A stretch of 64,000 nt of DNA from Pristiophorus japonicus (lineage: Eukaryota). The translations under genes and the position numbers were made by a program. The notes below the pieces were generated by a model, which worked only from the letters and a program-made list of their open reading frames with translations, made no database searches and had not been told where the DNA came from. The stretch is from contig NC_091984.1 in the NCBI RefSeq assembly GCF_044704955.1, forward strand, positions 159,464,001 through 159,528,000, in the 5' to 3' direction. Positions 14,101-29,100 of this stretch are shown piece by piece (within the stretch, counting starts at the first letter, position 1; each line of letters starts with the position of its first letter).

Positions 14101-17100
14101 CCAGGCCGCAGAACATCATGGAGCTGCGGTCGTTCCTGGGACTCCTCAACTATTTTGGTCACTTCCTACCGGGGTTAAGCATCCTTTTAGAGCCCCTACA
14201 GGTGTTATTGCGCAAAAGTGAGAACTGGGTATGGGGAAAAAAACAAGTAATTGCTTTTGAGAAAGCCAGAAACATTTTATGCTCCAACAAGCTGCTTGTA
14301 TTGTATAACCCGTGTAAAAGACTTGTGCTAGCATGTGACGCGTCGTCATACGGAGTCGGGTGTGTATTACAACAAGCTAACGTTGCGGGGAAGTTACAAC
14401 CTATAGCCTATGCTTCCAGGAGCTTGTTTAAGGCCGAGAGGGCCTACAGCATGATTGAGAAAGAGGCATTAGCGTGTGTGTTCGGGGTAAAGAAAATGCA
14501 TCAATACCTGTTTGGCCTCAAATTTGACTGGAAACCGATCACAAGCCCCTCACATCCCTGTTCGCTGAAAACAAGGGGATAAATACTAATGCCTCAGCCC
14601 GCATACAAAGGTGGGCACTCGCGCTATCAGCGTATAACTATACCATCTGCCACAGGCCAGGCACCGAAACTGTGTGGATGCTCTCAGTCGGCTACCATTG
14701 CCCACCACGGGGGTGGAAATGGCACAGCCTGCAAACTTGTTGATGGTGGTGCAGCCCGCAGACTTGATGGTCATGGAAGCGTTTGAAAATGATAAATCAC
14801 CTGTCATGGCCCGCCAGATTAGGACTTGGACCAGCCAAGATCCTCTGCTGACCCTTGTAAAAAAAACTGTGTACTGCATGGGAGCTGGGAAGCATCCCCG
14901 TTGAAATGCAAGAGCCAATCAAGCCGTTCCAGCGGCAAAAGGACGAGCTGTTCATTCAGGCAGACTGCCTGTTGTGGGATAACCGCGTAGTGCTACCAAA
15001 AAAGGGCAGGGAGACGTTCATCTCGGATCTCCACAGCACACACCCGGGTATAGTAATGATGAAAGCGATAGCCAGATCCCACGTGTGGTGGCCCAGTATC
15101 GACTCTGACTTAGAGTCCTGTGTACGGCAATGCAGCGTATGTGCTCAGTTGAGTAACACGCCCAGAGAGGCACCACTAAGTTTGTGGTCCTGTCCCTCCA
15201 GACCATGGTCAAGGATCCATGTTGACTATGCGGGCCCGTTTCTCGGTAAAATGTTCCTGGTGGTAGTGGATGCTTTTTCAAAATGGATTGAATGTGAAGT
15301 AATGTCGGGAAGCACCGCCACCGCCACCATTGAAAGCCTGAGGGCCATGTTTGCCACCCACGGCCTGCCTGACATACTGGTCAGCAACAACAGGTCATGT
15401 TTCACCAGTGCCGAATTTAAAGAATTCATGACCCACAATGGGATCAAACATGTCACTTCAGCCCCGTTTAAACCAGCCTCCAATGGGCAGGCACAGCAGG
15501 CAGTACAAACCATCAAACAGAGCCTTAAACGAGTCACAGAAGGCTCAGTCCAAACCTGCCTGTCCTGAGTACTGCTCAGCTACTGCACGAGATCCCACTC
15601 GCTCATGAAAAGGACACTTAAAACCTGACTCTCGCTGGTTCACCCCAACCTGCATGATCAGGTAAAGAGCAGGCGGCAGCAACAAAATGTAAACGATGGT
15701 CGCGCCACTGTGTCACGGGAAATTGATCTGAATGACCCTGTGTATGTGCTAAACTATGGACATGGTCCCAAGTGGATCGCGAGCACGGTGATAGCTAAAG
15801 AAGGGAGTAGGGTGTTTGTAGTCAGACTAGACAATGGACAAATTTGCAGAAAGCACCTGGACCAAACGAGGCTGTGGTTCACAGACTGCCCTGAACAACC
15901 CACAGCAGACACCACCTTTTTCGAGCCCACAACACACACCCAAAGGATCAACGACACCACCCCGGACCAGGAAATCAAACCCATCACGCCAGGCTCACCC
16001 AGCAGCCCTGCAGGGCCAACAACATGCCAGCCCAGCGAGGGCACAGCCAACACACCAGAACAGACATTTGTACCGAGGCAGTTCACCAGGGAAAGAAAGG
16101 CTCCCGACCGCCTCACCTTGTAAATAGTTTTCACTTTGACTGGAGGGATAGTGATGTGTATTTGTAAAGCATGCACTTCCATGTTCCGCCACCAGGGAGT
16201 GCATCCCCTGAAGTCCTAAGGGATCCCAGCATCCCTTGGGAGCACTGTATATAAGCCGGCCCCCAAGGCCTGTTCTTCACTCTAGAGTGTCTTATTAAAG
16301 ACTGAGGTCACTGTTACTTTAACCTCCCTGTGTGCAGCCTCATCTGTGTCAGGAATACAATACGGAAGGAGGCCATTTTGTGTCCGTGCTGGCCGACAAA
16401 GAGCTATCCAGCCTAATCCCACTTTCCAACTCTTGGTCCATTGCCATATAGGTTACGGCATTTCAGTGTGGTGAGTGTTTCTGCCTCGACCGCCCTTTCA
16501 GGCAGTGAGTTCCAGACCTTCACCACCCTCTGGGTGAAGAAATTTCACCTCAAATCCCCTCAACCCCCTACCAATTACTTTAAATCTATGCGCCCTGGTT
16601 TGCAGATGATACTAAAATACGCTGTGTGGTTGATAATGAAGATGAATGATGTAGACTGCAGGAAGATATTAATGTACTGGTCAGGTGGGCAGAACAGTGG
16701 CAAATGGAATTCATTCCGGATAAGTGTGAGGTAATGCATTTCGGGAGTCTAACAAGGCAAGGAAATACACATTAAATGGTACGACACTGAAAAGTGCAGA
16801 GGAACAAAGGGACCTTGGAGTGCAGGTCCACAGATCCCTAAAGGTAGCAGGCCCAGGTAGATAAGGTGGTTAAAAAGACATATGGAATACGTGTCTTTAT
16901 TAGTCGAGGCATTGAATACAAGAGCAGGGAGGTTATGCAAGAACTGTGTAAAATACTGGTTAGGCCACAGCTAGAGTACTGCGTGCAGTTCTGGTCACCA
17001 CATTACAGGAAAGATGTGATTGCACTGGAAAAGGTGCAGAGGAGATTTACAGGAATGTTGCCTGGACTGCAGAATTTTGGCTATGAGGAAAGATTGGAGA

Positions 17101-20100
17101 TGCTGGGTCTGTTTTCTTTGGAACAGAGGAGGCTGAGGGGAGACCTTATTGAGGTGTATAAAATTATGAGGGGCCTAGATAGAGTGGATAGGAAGGACCT
17201 GTTTCCCATGGCAGAGGGGTCAACAACCAGGGGGCATAGATTTAAAGTAATTGGGGGGAAGGTTTAGATGAGAGATGAGGGGGAATTTCTTCACCCAGAG
17301 GGTGGTGGGGGTCTGGAACTCACTGCCTGAAAGGGTGGTAGAGGCAGAAACCCTCACCACATTTAAAAAATACTTGGATGTGCACTTAAAGTGCTGTAAC
17401 CGACAGGGCTATGGACCCAGAGCTGGAAAGTGGGATGAGGCTGGGTAGCTCTGTCGGCCGGCGCAGACACGATGGGCCGAAATGGCCTCCTTCCGTGCTG
17501 TAAATTTCTATGATTCCATGAACCTCATTTATTCAAATTCAGGTTGGTTTGTATCAGGGATTTTCTGGTCTGATCAGTGAACTTAGCTCATTAACAGGGG
17601 TAGTGTGGCGTACTTTGTTATTCTCTATGTTACGAGAAGTGTTTTGAAATAGACTGGAATTCATTGAAAACTATCTACTGTTTATTCATATATTAAAATT
17701 AACCAACTTGTTGCTTTACAATTAGCCTCATCTCACGAGAGTTATCGTTCCACCCTCCAGAAGAGGAGAAATGTCCGTGAGGGAACTTGCGAGATTACAG
17801 AGGCCAGTACACACAATGAGAGCTTTCATTCTAACAGCCCCCCAGGTCATGCTAACATATGACTAGATATTGGACAGTAAGGGTAAACTCCTGATCATAG
17901 GGCCCATGGGGTCTGTTTACAGGAGTGATGCTGAATCTGAGAGAATATTTGGTGCAGACCTGAAATTTGGAACAGAGAGGTTAAGAGCAATTGTTTTATA
18001 CAGACACAGAATGACCCACCAGAAACAGCGGTGATCGCAGAATCCATAATAGGAACATGCTTAAATATTTAAGAAAATTGTACCCGCCTTAGGGAAAGGG
18101 CGGGAAAATGGGAAGGTTCTATCAGAGGGCTAGCACAGACACGATTGACTGAATAGCCTCCTTCTGTATTGCAAACTTCTACAATTCTCGAAAGATCAGA
18201 TACAAATAAATGTTTATAAAAGGGGGGTGTAAAGCAGAATATATTATAAAATATGACTTGTGTTGTATATTTGTGGGTTGGGGACCTAATGGGATTTGAC
18301 AATGCATCCTTTCTCCTTAACAAGGTGTAGGTGTGAAGTTGTTTTCTTTACTGGACAGGCACTAGGACAGCTATTGCACCATATAACGACAGGAGGAAAG
18401 AACCCCTACAGGAGTGAGGAGGATGTATGCGAGAATAACCCTTCTCTCGATGAGGATCTTCGCAAACCCGAGAATGCTGAAGTCAGGCATTTGATAGAGA
18501 GGCTGTTAGCACCAGCTGAGCAGCGAGCAACGCTCAGTGAGGTCAAGGGCCATCCGTTCCTGTGGACAAAAACAGAGTAAGTCAGGTTAGGACAGAACAT
18601 GTTACAAAAGATTTGAGTTTCCCCAATTCCTAAATGTGCTGAAAAATTTAAGAACATAAGAATTCATCCCCTCGAGCCTGCTCCACCATTCAATGGGATC
18701 ATAGCTGATCCTCTACCTCAACTCCACTATCTCCATATCCCTCGATTCCCTTAATATCCAAAAATCTATCGATCTCTGTCTTGAATATACTCAAAGACTG
18801 AGCCTCCACAGCCCTCTGGAGTAGAGAATTCCAAAAATTCACCACCCTCTGAGTGAAGAAATTTCTCATCTCAGTCCTAAATGGCCAACCCCATATTCTG
18901 AGACTGTGACCCCTGGTTCTAGACTCCCCAGACAGAGGAAACATCCTCCCTGCATCTACACTGTTGAGCCCTGTAAGAATTTTGTATGTTTCAATGAGAT
19001 CACCTCTTTCTTCTAAACTCGAGGGAATATAGGCCTAGTCTACTAAATCTCTCCTCATAGGACAATCCCCCCCCATCCAGGAATCAGTCTGGTGAACTTT
19101 CGTTGCACTCCCTCAATGGCAAGGTAAGGTAAGGAGACCAAAACTGTACACAATACCCCAGGTGTGGTCTCACCAGGGCCCTATATAATTGCAGTAAGAC
19201 GTCTTTACTCTTATACTCAAAGCCTCTTGACGGCCAACATTCCATTTGCTTTCTTAATTGCTTGCTATATGCATGCTAACTTTCAGTGATTCATGTACAA
19301 GGACATCCAGGTCCCTCTAAACACCAACATTTCCCAATCTCTCACCATTTCAAAAATACTCTGCTTTTCTATTTTTCCTACTAAAGTTTCTCCACATTAT
19401 ATTCCATTTGCCATGTTTTTGCCCACTCACTTAGCATGTCTGTGTCCCCTTGAAGCCGCTTTGCATTCTGCTCGCAACTTACATTCCCACCCAGCTTTGT
19501 ATCATCAGCAAACTTGGATATATTACATTTGGTTCCATCATCCAAATCATTGATCTAGATTGTGAATAGCTGGGACCAAGCACTGATCCTTGTGGCACCC
19601 CACTAGTTACAGCCTGCCGAAAATGACCAGTTTATTCCTACTCTCTGGTTTCTGTCGGTTAACCAATCCTCAATCCATGCTAGTATATTACTCCTCAATC
19701 CCATGAGCCCTAATTTTGTTCAATAACCTCTTGTGTGGCACCTTATCGAATGCCTTCTGAAAATCCAAATACACCACATCCACTGGTCCCCCTTATCTAG
19801 TCTGCTAGTTACAACCTCAAAGAGCTCTAATAGATTTGTCAAACGTGATTTTCCTTTCATAAATCCGTGTTGACTCTGTCCAATCATATTATTTTCTAAG
19901 TGCCCTGTTACCACGTCCTTAATAGACGTTAGCCTGACATCAGCAGTAGGGAAAATGCTAATAGGTCTGTAGTTCCCTGTTTTCTCTCTCCATTCTTAAA
20001 CAGTGGGGTTATATTTGCTACCTTCCAATCTGCGGGAACCCTTCTAGAATCTATGGAATATTTGAAGATGACAACCAATGCATCAACTATCTCTATAGCC

Positions 20101-23100
20101 GTCTCTTTCAGAACCCTAGGATGTAGGCCATCAGGTCCAGAGGATTTATCGGCTTTCAGTCCCATTAATTTCTCCAGTACTGTTTTTTTTACTAATACTA
20201 ATTTCTTTCAGTTCCTCATTCTCACTAGCCCCTTGGGACTCCACTATTTCTGGGAGGTTTTTCGTGACTTCTTCCGTGAAGACAGACACAAAGGGCCAGA
20301 ACTTGGTGGCCTTACCGCCGGCAAGTTTTTTCAGCGGTCTCCCCTCGGTGCCAGTTTCCACTGGGCCCCCCACTGGCAGGAGGGGAGGGGAGAACCACTG
20401 GGAACCGGCCGCTAGTTTTCTCATTCATTTTCCTTTATCAATTTCTTGGTCCTCCTTTGCTGCATTCTATAATCCTCCCAATCCTCAGCCTTACTGCTCT
20501 TTTAGCAACATTATAAGCCTCTTCCTTTGATGTAATACTGTCTTTAACTTCTGTTAGCCACGGTTGGACCACTTTTCCTGTGGGGTTTTTGTGCCTTAAA
20601 GGAATGTATGTTTGTTGTAAATTATATATTCTTTAAATGCTAGCCATTGCTTGTCTCTTATTGTAGTTTCCCAATCTACCTTAGCCAACTCTCCCCTCAT
20701 ACCTACATAGTTTGCTTTGTTTAGATTTAAGACCCTAGTTTCGGATTTAATTAAATCAATTTCAAATTTAATGTAAACTTCTATCATATTATGGTCACTC
20801 TTCCCTAAAGGCCCCTTTACTACAAGTTTATTAATTAACCCTTTCTCATTGCACAATACTGGATCGAATATAACCTGTTCTCTAGTTGGTTCTTCAACAT
20901 ACTGATCTTGAAAACTATCTTGTATACATACCATGAATTCGTCCTCCACACTATTACAGGTTGAGCGTCCGAAATCCGGAGTTCTGAAATCGGAATGTTC
21001 CGGAATCCGGACACTGGGCCGATCCGTGTCGGGTACTCGTCCGGAATCCGGAAAATGTTCCGAAATCCTGACCCGCCGCACACCCCTGGCAGTAGGCCGA
21101 CAACAAAAACCATGGAGGCAGCGGCAACACATCCTCTCCTTGAAGGGAAGCCGCAGCCTCACTGGACCAACGGTAAAACACTTGCTTTGGCACCGCCGGG
21201 CAGGCCGAAGATTTTCAGAGGGAAATGTTGCTGGGGGGGGGGGGGGTAGATCGGTGGTGCGCACGGTGATACCACATTTAAGACGGATCAGCAGCAGCTG
21301 AATGTTTTGGGGGGGGGGGGGTGCGGCGGGGAGATTGGGACACCTCGGGAGGGCAATTGGGCTAGCAGTGGCCATTCCATGAAAAGTCGACAGCCACCCC
21401 ACTCCGCAGCGCGGCCGTCGATTTGCGGTGGTAACAGGCCTTAAGGAGAGGGGCAATTTCTGCCCCCTGGTCTTTTGGTTTCTCTCGAAAGGTTAAATGC
21501 TTTGTGCCTTTTCACAATAGTAACTTGTATTTACATCCATCCATTAATGTAGAAACGCAATCAAAGACTTGTTGCAAGTCTTCTGAACATTATTTTAATT
21601 CATATTTTTCTCCTTTTCTGTTTAGAAATTCTACACCTTTACTGAGGTAGTTAGTATTAAACTGCATTGTACCTTTACTGAGGGGACAGTTAGAATTAAA
21701 CTGCACTGTACCTGTACTCACTAGGTTATTGGGGAACTGAAGTGAGCCAGATTTCTAATTACATTCTCATTCCATCAATACTGTGTCCATGTGACACAAG
21801 ATGTTACTGGAGTTGTGTGTAACTGAGGTCACTCTGCATTAATCCACTTTTGGTGTTCGCTCCAGAAAGAACCAGTTTGTCCAAAGCCTTGCCAATGAAG
21901 AGGATGTAACAAGACGGAAACAGGACAGTCTGCTAGTACAGATTCTGAATAAGACCAGCGAGGATGAGAAAAGATCATTTCACAACTGGAAAGAAAAGGT
22001 AGACCATCAAACCTGTAACAACACTGCTTTTCAGAGCGTTGAGATGCTGGTTTCTGATTGGTAGAGTTTGTGTCTAACGGGAGTTAAATTCCATGAGGTA
22101 GCAGCTGCTAAAGCCCCCAGCAAAACATATGGTAGATAATTCACCGCTAATGGATATATTGGTGCCAGGCATTGGCGTACTAAGACATAGATCCATGTTG
22201 AATGAGAGGGCTTGGTTTCAAATTCCCCATTCCCCTTGTTGATATAGCTGTATGGGGAATCTGAACCCTGGCTTCCCACCCCACATGATGCTTTACCTGA
22301 GCACGGTTAAAGAAGAGGGGAGAAAATTGGAGGTGGAAAGTCATGGAGGGAGAGGTGCAATTTGTTCAAATGGAGCCACCTGTTAGCATAAGAGAAGTAC
22401 AGGTTGGTGTAGGGTTGCTAAGTCTGGCTGGGTGTGTTGCTGGAGGTTTCATCACATGACCTCCCATCTCCAACCACCCCGCCCAATCAAACAGCCTTTT
22501 CCCCCCCCCCCCATCTCCAATATTCTTATAACTAATAATTAAAACAAAAATGTTCACTGAGAAAAAGCACACCATTTCTTTATCCCGGGTTACTTGCTGC
22601 TGTCTGACGGAGATGTTTAACATGCCGGTGAGGATAAACACCAGCACGGATTGGTTGGGCAAATGGCCTGTTTCCACCTTGTAGTTTCTACAAAATGCAA
22701 TGTCAATATGAGGAGTTTTATTCACTAAATCCACTAGTGACGGCAGCACAAAACACAAATTACTGGAAAACTGGATTTGAGGCTCTGAAAGGACTCCTAG
22801 CTTTAGAAATCTGGATCTAACAGCGAATGACTGAGGTCTGAGGGTAAATAGGTACTTTGGAGGTATGGAGAATAGCCAATTGGGAGTATTTGTTACAAAA
22901 CCTTCTCAGCAGATTAAGTAATGTGAGCTGGAGTCCATGAAGGGGTAGATTGTACATGGGCAGGGGAAAGAGATTACATTGGGGTGGGGTCCATGGGGTA
23001 GATTGTACATGGGCTGGGGAAGGAGATTACATTGGGGTGGGGTCCATGGGATAGATTGTACATGGGCTGGGGAAGGAGATTACATTGGGGTGGGGTCCAT

Positions 23101-26100
23101 GGGGTAGATTGTACATGGGCTGGGGAAGGAGATTACATTGGGGTGGGGTCCATGGGGTAGATTGTACATGGGCTGGGGAAGGAGATTACATTGGGGTGGG
23201 GTCCATGGGGTAGATTGTACATGGGCTGGGGAAGGAGATTACATTGGGGTAGGGTCCATGGGGTAGATTGTACATGGGCTGGGGAAGGAGATTACATTGG
23301 GGTAGGGTCCATGATGGGATGGTCGGTAAAGGCAGTGTTAGGACCAGACATTAGCTGATCTCAGTGACGGTGGAGCGATACATCTCAAGGAAGGGGTTGG
23401 GGGGGGGGTGGAAATTGACACAAGGACCAGTGGTGCCATTGGGAACAGTGCCTCCTCTCTGATGGAGGCCATAGCAAACAAGCAAGACCCAACACCCTGG
23501 GCTGGAGGAGGAAGGACACGCACAACAGGAGGCTGCAGCAGGAATGTGATCGCAGAAGGAAAACAAAGTGAATTACATTTTCTTTTTAACAAAAACTCTG
23601 ATATTCCTTTAACTTTAGATCGACTGCGACGTCCTAAACAACATGAAAATGGGGCAACGCAAGAAAGTGAATGAGAACGCGTACAACAACACCACCAGTG
23701 ACCTCCTGAAATTCATCAGAAACCTGAGCCAGCATTTTAATGAAAAGCCTGAAGAGTATGTGAATTTTGTGCCAATATTTCCCTTTCTGTTTTGTAATAT
23801 TTAGTGTAGATTTAAAGCAAAATGAAGCGCCAACTGTTCCCCTTTTCTGCCCCACTAAAAGCCCCTAATGAGGTGCAGATGATGCGGTACAATTGTCCTT
23901 GGCTGGGTTCTGTTCCACACGGCTGGTCAACAACGGAGGGCAGCAGAGGCCAGACCGGTCTCACTGGGGCCCACTGCCCAGCAGAAGGTTCACTAGATCA
24001 ATCCCTGGGCTGACAGGGTTGTCCTTTGAGATCGGGCCTGTACTCTCTGGAGTTTAGAAGAATGAGAGGTGATCTCATTGAAACAAATAACATTTTTAGA
24101 GGGCTTGACAAGGTATGGCAGTGCCAGCTCGAGGGGCCGTGTGACTGACTCCTGCTCCTATTTCTCATGTTCTTATGTAGGAGTCACTGAGTAGCAGTGA
24201 CGAGCAAGAACCCTGGCTGATTGCTGCTCCTCCCCAACGCAGGATCTCTGAGGGTAATTGTAAGACCCTAACTGCTGCAATGGTTAAGATCAGCATACAT
24301 CGAAGATTAAACCTAGGACCTTCTGGTCTTTAATGGCTCAGTGGTGCACCATAACCTCGGAGGCCACCAACAGAACAACAGTGTAGAAATTGTGCATCGT
24401 GGCATCTTACGCAAGTCCTGATTAACACATGATGGAAATGGAGAGTCATGACAAATCACAGAGTCACTGGATTCAAAGTCCAAGGTATAACCATGAGAAG
24501 TACAGTACATAGGAAGGTGTGCTGTGATGGCTGAATTAGTAAATGCACAGGATGAGTGGTACTGACCATGAATATGCGAGATTTGATTCATGATCTACGC
24601 TGAATTAGTTGAACTCAGCTGGCATCGTGCTACATTCGACCTCAGTACCCTGAGCTAGGAGCATGGGGGTCTAGCTCGATGTTGCTGCTCCTGACCTTTA
24701 TCCAGTGACCTCTGATGGAATGTGTGTAGATATGGGCCTGTGATCAGCACAAGATTAGCTTTAGCTTGCCCACACTTGTAGCTCAATTTGAATCTTGATC
24801 TCCTCCATGACCTTCAATGGGGCAGTGAAAATTTTACTTCTGTCTGGTTTTCACAAGGCAGTTTCATGTCTCTTACATCTCCAACTTGTAGCTACTGCCT
24901 CTTACTTTTAATGGCTCCAATTTTACCCCTTCATCTATTGATATTCTTGGACTCACTACCCACTCTGATCTCAAATAGACCTCCCACATCACCATTGAAG
25001 CTGTCTCCTAGAAGCTCAGATTCTTCTGTTGTGACAAATGCTCCTTTTCCAGGTCCATCCAGGATTGAATATATTCAAGGTTCTCCCCACTCAAGTACAA
25101 AGTTGATGTGGGATAGATAATCCTTCTATCACCTCAGGCCTCCAATCTATCTCCATTACAGCCTTGGCTCTTTATTTTACTCACACAACTATGCTCATTG
25201 TTTCTGAACATTCTTGTTGTTCTGAAACTTCAAATACCTGATCCCTGCTGTAATATATTTGCTTCATGGGTTCTTTGCTTAAGAATTCATAACATGTTGC
25301 TTTTAAGAACTAGTTGGTTTATTAGCAAAGGTTTAACAAACACATTACCAGTTCAAGAGGGGTCACATTCCAAAATATTTTTTTTTCCAGTGCCCTTTTT
25401 TTTTTGAAGGCACCAACACACAAATTATACAAGTGCCCCCTGGCTAAAAGCAGTGGGGGGGGGGGGGCACTAAAACCGGCAAATTAAACAAATTAAACTT
25501 TAGACAATAAAATCAAATAAAAATTTGGTTGCTGAGGGTGATGTACTCTAGTCCCTCTGGTGCCCACCTCTCGCAGAAGGTCGCGAGCGTACCGGTGGAC
25601 ACCGCGTGCTCCATCTCCAGGGACACCCTGGCTCGGATGCAAGCACGGAAGAGAGGCAGGCAGTCGGGCTGAACAGCCCCCTCGACCGCCCGAAGCCTGG
25701 ACCGGCTGATGGCCCCCTTGGCCGTGCCCAGGAGCAGTCCTACGAGGGGGCCCTCAGACCTGCCCGCTCCCCTCCACACAGGTTGCCCAAAGATCAGATC
25801 AGGAGTGTGGGACTGAAGTGCAACCAGAAATTGAGGAGCAGCCCCTTCAAATAATGGAAGAGGGGCTGCAACCTAGCACACTCCGTAAAGACATGGAGCA
25901 CGAACTCTTCTCAACCGCAGAAATTGCAGGCGGCCTGGGAGTCCGTGAACCGACTTAAAAAAACTTATTGCACAGGAGTGCTCCGTGCAATACCCTCCAG
26001 AGCAAGTCCCCAATAAATAGAGGGAGGACTCCCGCGTAGAGTGCACTCCATTGGGGACCCCCGCCTCCTCCGGACGACAAGATGGTACGCCATGGCGTGT

Positions 26101-29100
26101 CCAGACGGCAGACGAGGATGGCAAGGTTGAAAGTGTGCAGGAGCAGCCCGTACAGGAAACCCCTTCGCGCAGAACTGAAAGGCACAGAGATTTCCCAGAG
26201 GAGGCTCAAGTTGTGAGGCGTCAGCTCCTGAGGAAGGTATCGGGGCTTAGTGCCAATGAGGAATTCCATCTGGATGGGGGTCAGTTCGGGCGGGATCTCC
26301 CCACGTGCTTGAGCCTCCTCGACACACCTAACGGGGTCAGGGCCCAGTGCTGTTTTTAGCGACTCGATGGCATTGGCCGCGCGCCGGACGTCGGCCCAGT
26401 TTAGGTGCCGTGCCGTGGGGGATGCGGGACTCGCGCTGGGCACCAACTCCTCCACAGAGGGACCTTGGTCATCCTCCACTTCCCCGGAGTGGTGCCTCCT
26501 TTTTTTTCCCTGGAGGGACGTGGAGGCAGGGAGCTCTCCATGTCTGCTGGGGCTCCCGCCTCCATTCCCTCCTTCCGATTATCTTACCCGAGCCCGACCA
26601 CAGGTGGCAAACTCCCCGAAAAGGCGGGTGCGGTCAGGGGCTTGGGCTCAGAATGCACCGCGCTCACCGGCGATAGTGAGGGGGAGGCGAGCACGTTGAC
26701 TGGGCTGTGTGGCCCACTGAGGGGACTATCCAGAGGGTGTTTGTTTTCTTCCACACCTTTTTGCACAGACGCTCTCCCTCTCCCCCACCGGAGGCTGCGA
26801 AGACAAAGGCCTCCGATGATGTCCATGCACCTATGGCTCCCGACACGTGGACGGTACTAGGGGGAGGAGTGGCGAGGGCACCAGCCTTGGCCACTTTGGT
26901 TGTTTTAGCAGCCTTGGAGGCGAGGCAGTTCTTGCGAACGTGCCCCACCTCCTTACAGGCGTGGCACCACTCCGCCCGATGTCCAGAAGACGCGGAAGGC
27001 AGTCCCCTCGTGGACCACACTGAATGTACCCTCTGTTACGTCCTCCCAGGCCAGCTGAATGAAAAGCTGGCGCCGGAAGGAGAACACATGACAGAGGCTG
27101 GCCTCCCTGAAGCCGAGCAGTATCGGCGTTATCCCCAACCTCAGCTCCCCCAGTTGACGTAGGTGGGGGAGGAGGAGCTCCCCGGGAACAAAGGGCAGGA
27201 CGTTTGAGATGACGACCCTCTACGCGGTGGCCTCGAGGGGATCCACCGGCAGGAAGGTCCCACCCACCGTGAGCCCCTTACTGAGGGCCAGGGGCACCAC
27301 CCGCTCCGACCCCAGGAAGAACACAGCCTTCCCGTACATTTTGGAGGCGGCGACAATGGCCAAGGGGCGACTACCCCAGCCGTTGCCCTCATGCACTCCT
27401 CCTGACCCCGTTCTTTTTAGTAATGATTTTGAAAGGTGGAAGGGCAGCAGGAGCTGCCGTGGCCTTTGCTGCCACGCACACATAAGTTTGTGCTGGTCCC
27501 GCCACCAGTGAAGATGGACTCGCCATATCGGGGTCCGTTTAAGGGCCACACCCACCCCAAAGTCATAGGCCTGAAAGGTCTTGATTGGCCTCGTTGATGA
27601 GCAGAGGGAGCTCTTAACAAGGCACACCTCTCCCCAACTTTTGACAATTGGGGAGGGGCCCTTTTCCCTCTGCTCAGTAGTTGTTGGTTTTATAAAATAT
27701 ATTTTAAAAGAGGCTCTCAGAGAGGAGAGACAGAGAGAGGGAGGCTGTGGTATCTGGCACTCCTCACAGCGTTGGGTGGGTGCTTGCAGGGGGTGCACTC
27801 CCTCAATCACAAACAAACTCTCTATATTTGTTAGTGAAAATAAATTCACATAGACTCTGGTAAGGTAAGAGAGACAACTTTATTGCTAACAGAGCTCTGG
27901 GAGAAGAGTTGAGGTCCCGCGACCTGCGAAGCACCTTCTCCCAGAGTGCCTGGTGCCGCGGGGTTATAAGCAGTTTACAGAGGGCGGAATACAATCATTT
28001 AAATTCATTTACATACAACCAATCAATCCATATGGCAACACAATTCATTTACATACAACCAATCATATTGTTGCACAACCTTTTAGTCCTAGGTGAAACC
28101 TGATAGCATGGTGTGAGTTTGGGGGCCCTTCCTCTGTATCTTCTTTTGTGGTTAGTTATTCTGTTGCAAAGCTTTCTATGAAACACTGGCCATGAGTCAC
28201 TTGTTGCTGCAGATTTCATTAGGCTTCTTGGTACAAAGTTCATTTAGTGAAAAGGCAGATAGTTGGCTTACCCAATCATGCTTTGCTATGTCCGAAAATC
28301 CACTCCAACAATAATCTTCTGGCGGGGGGAGAAGATGTCTTCACCTGGGATGGCTGGAACCACCCAGGCACAATCCTCCAAACGATGTTAAGTAGTTAAT
28401 GGGAAAGAAATTACACCCAGGTAGCTCCAGGCAATGGGGGAGGGGTGCTTCCAGTGGGGCCTAGTTGTTTGCAAGAACCCCCCATACTTCTTATTTATCT
28501 TCTTTCCTCCCCCCGATAACCACCTGCCTCATCATGGACCCCCTGAACCCAACTGGCTGAGGTTTTATTGAGTCAGTTGAACATCACTTGACTGGCTAAG
28601 CCCCTCCCACTCAACAGCTCAACCAACCAGTGAGCATACTCACAGGTGCATACATTACACCTGACACAAAGATTAGTGGGAAAGCGGGTTGTGTAGAGGA
28701 CACCGAGAGGCTGCAAAGAGATTTGGATAGGTTAAGCGAATGGGCTAAGGTTTGGCAGATGGAATACAATGTCGGAAAATGTGAGGTTATCCACCTTGGA
28801 AAAAAAAACAGTAAAAGGGAATACTATTTGAATGGGGAGAAATTACAACATGCTGCGGTGCAGAGGGACCTGGGGTTCCTTGTGCATGGACTCTTTTTGG
28901 AGCAAACAAAAAACATTAAACCGTGCCCCCCGATCTGGGGGAAACACCAAACATTTACAAGGCCCTTTTATTTTTTTTGTGGGTTTTTTTTTGGTTTTGT
29001 TTTGGGCACAAAATCGTATTTTTTCTCCAAGTGCCCCCTATAAAAGGGGAGGGGGACACTAACAGCACCGGCAATTAAAACAAATTAACTTAAAAACATA

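Larger units (their letters stand above)
25249..28659 (-). mobile_element. Solo LTR-like element split by nested insertions
   Basis: Inverted termini tgtaat (25249)...attaca (28659), flanks cctgc/cctga. The host pieces are ~25249-25365 and ~28520-28659. Confidence 0.5.
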
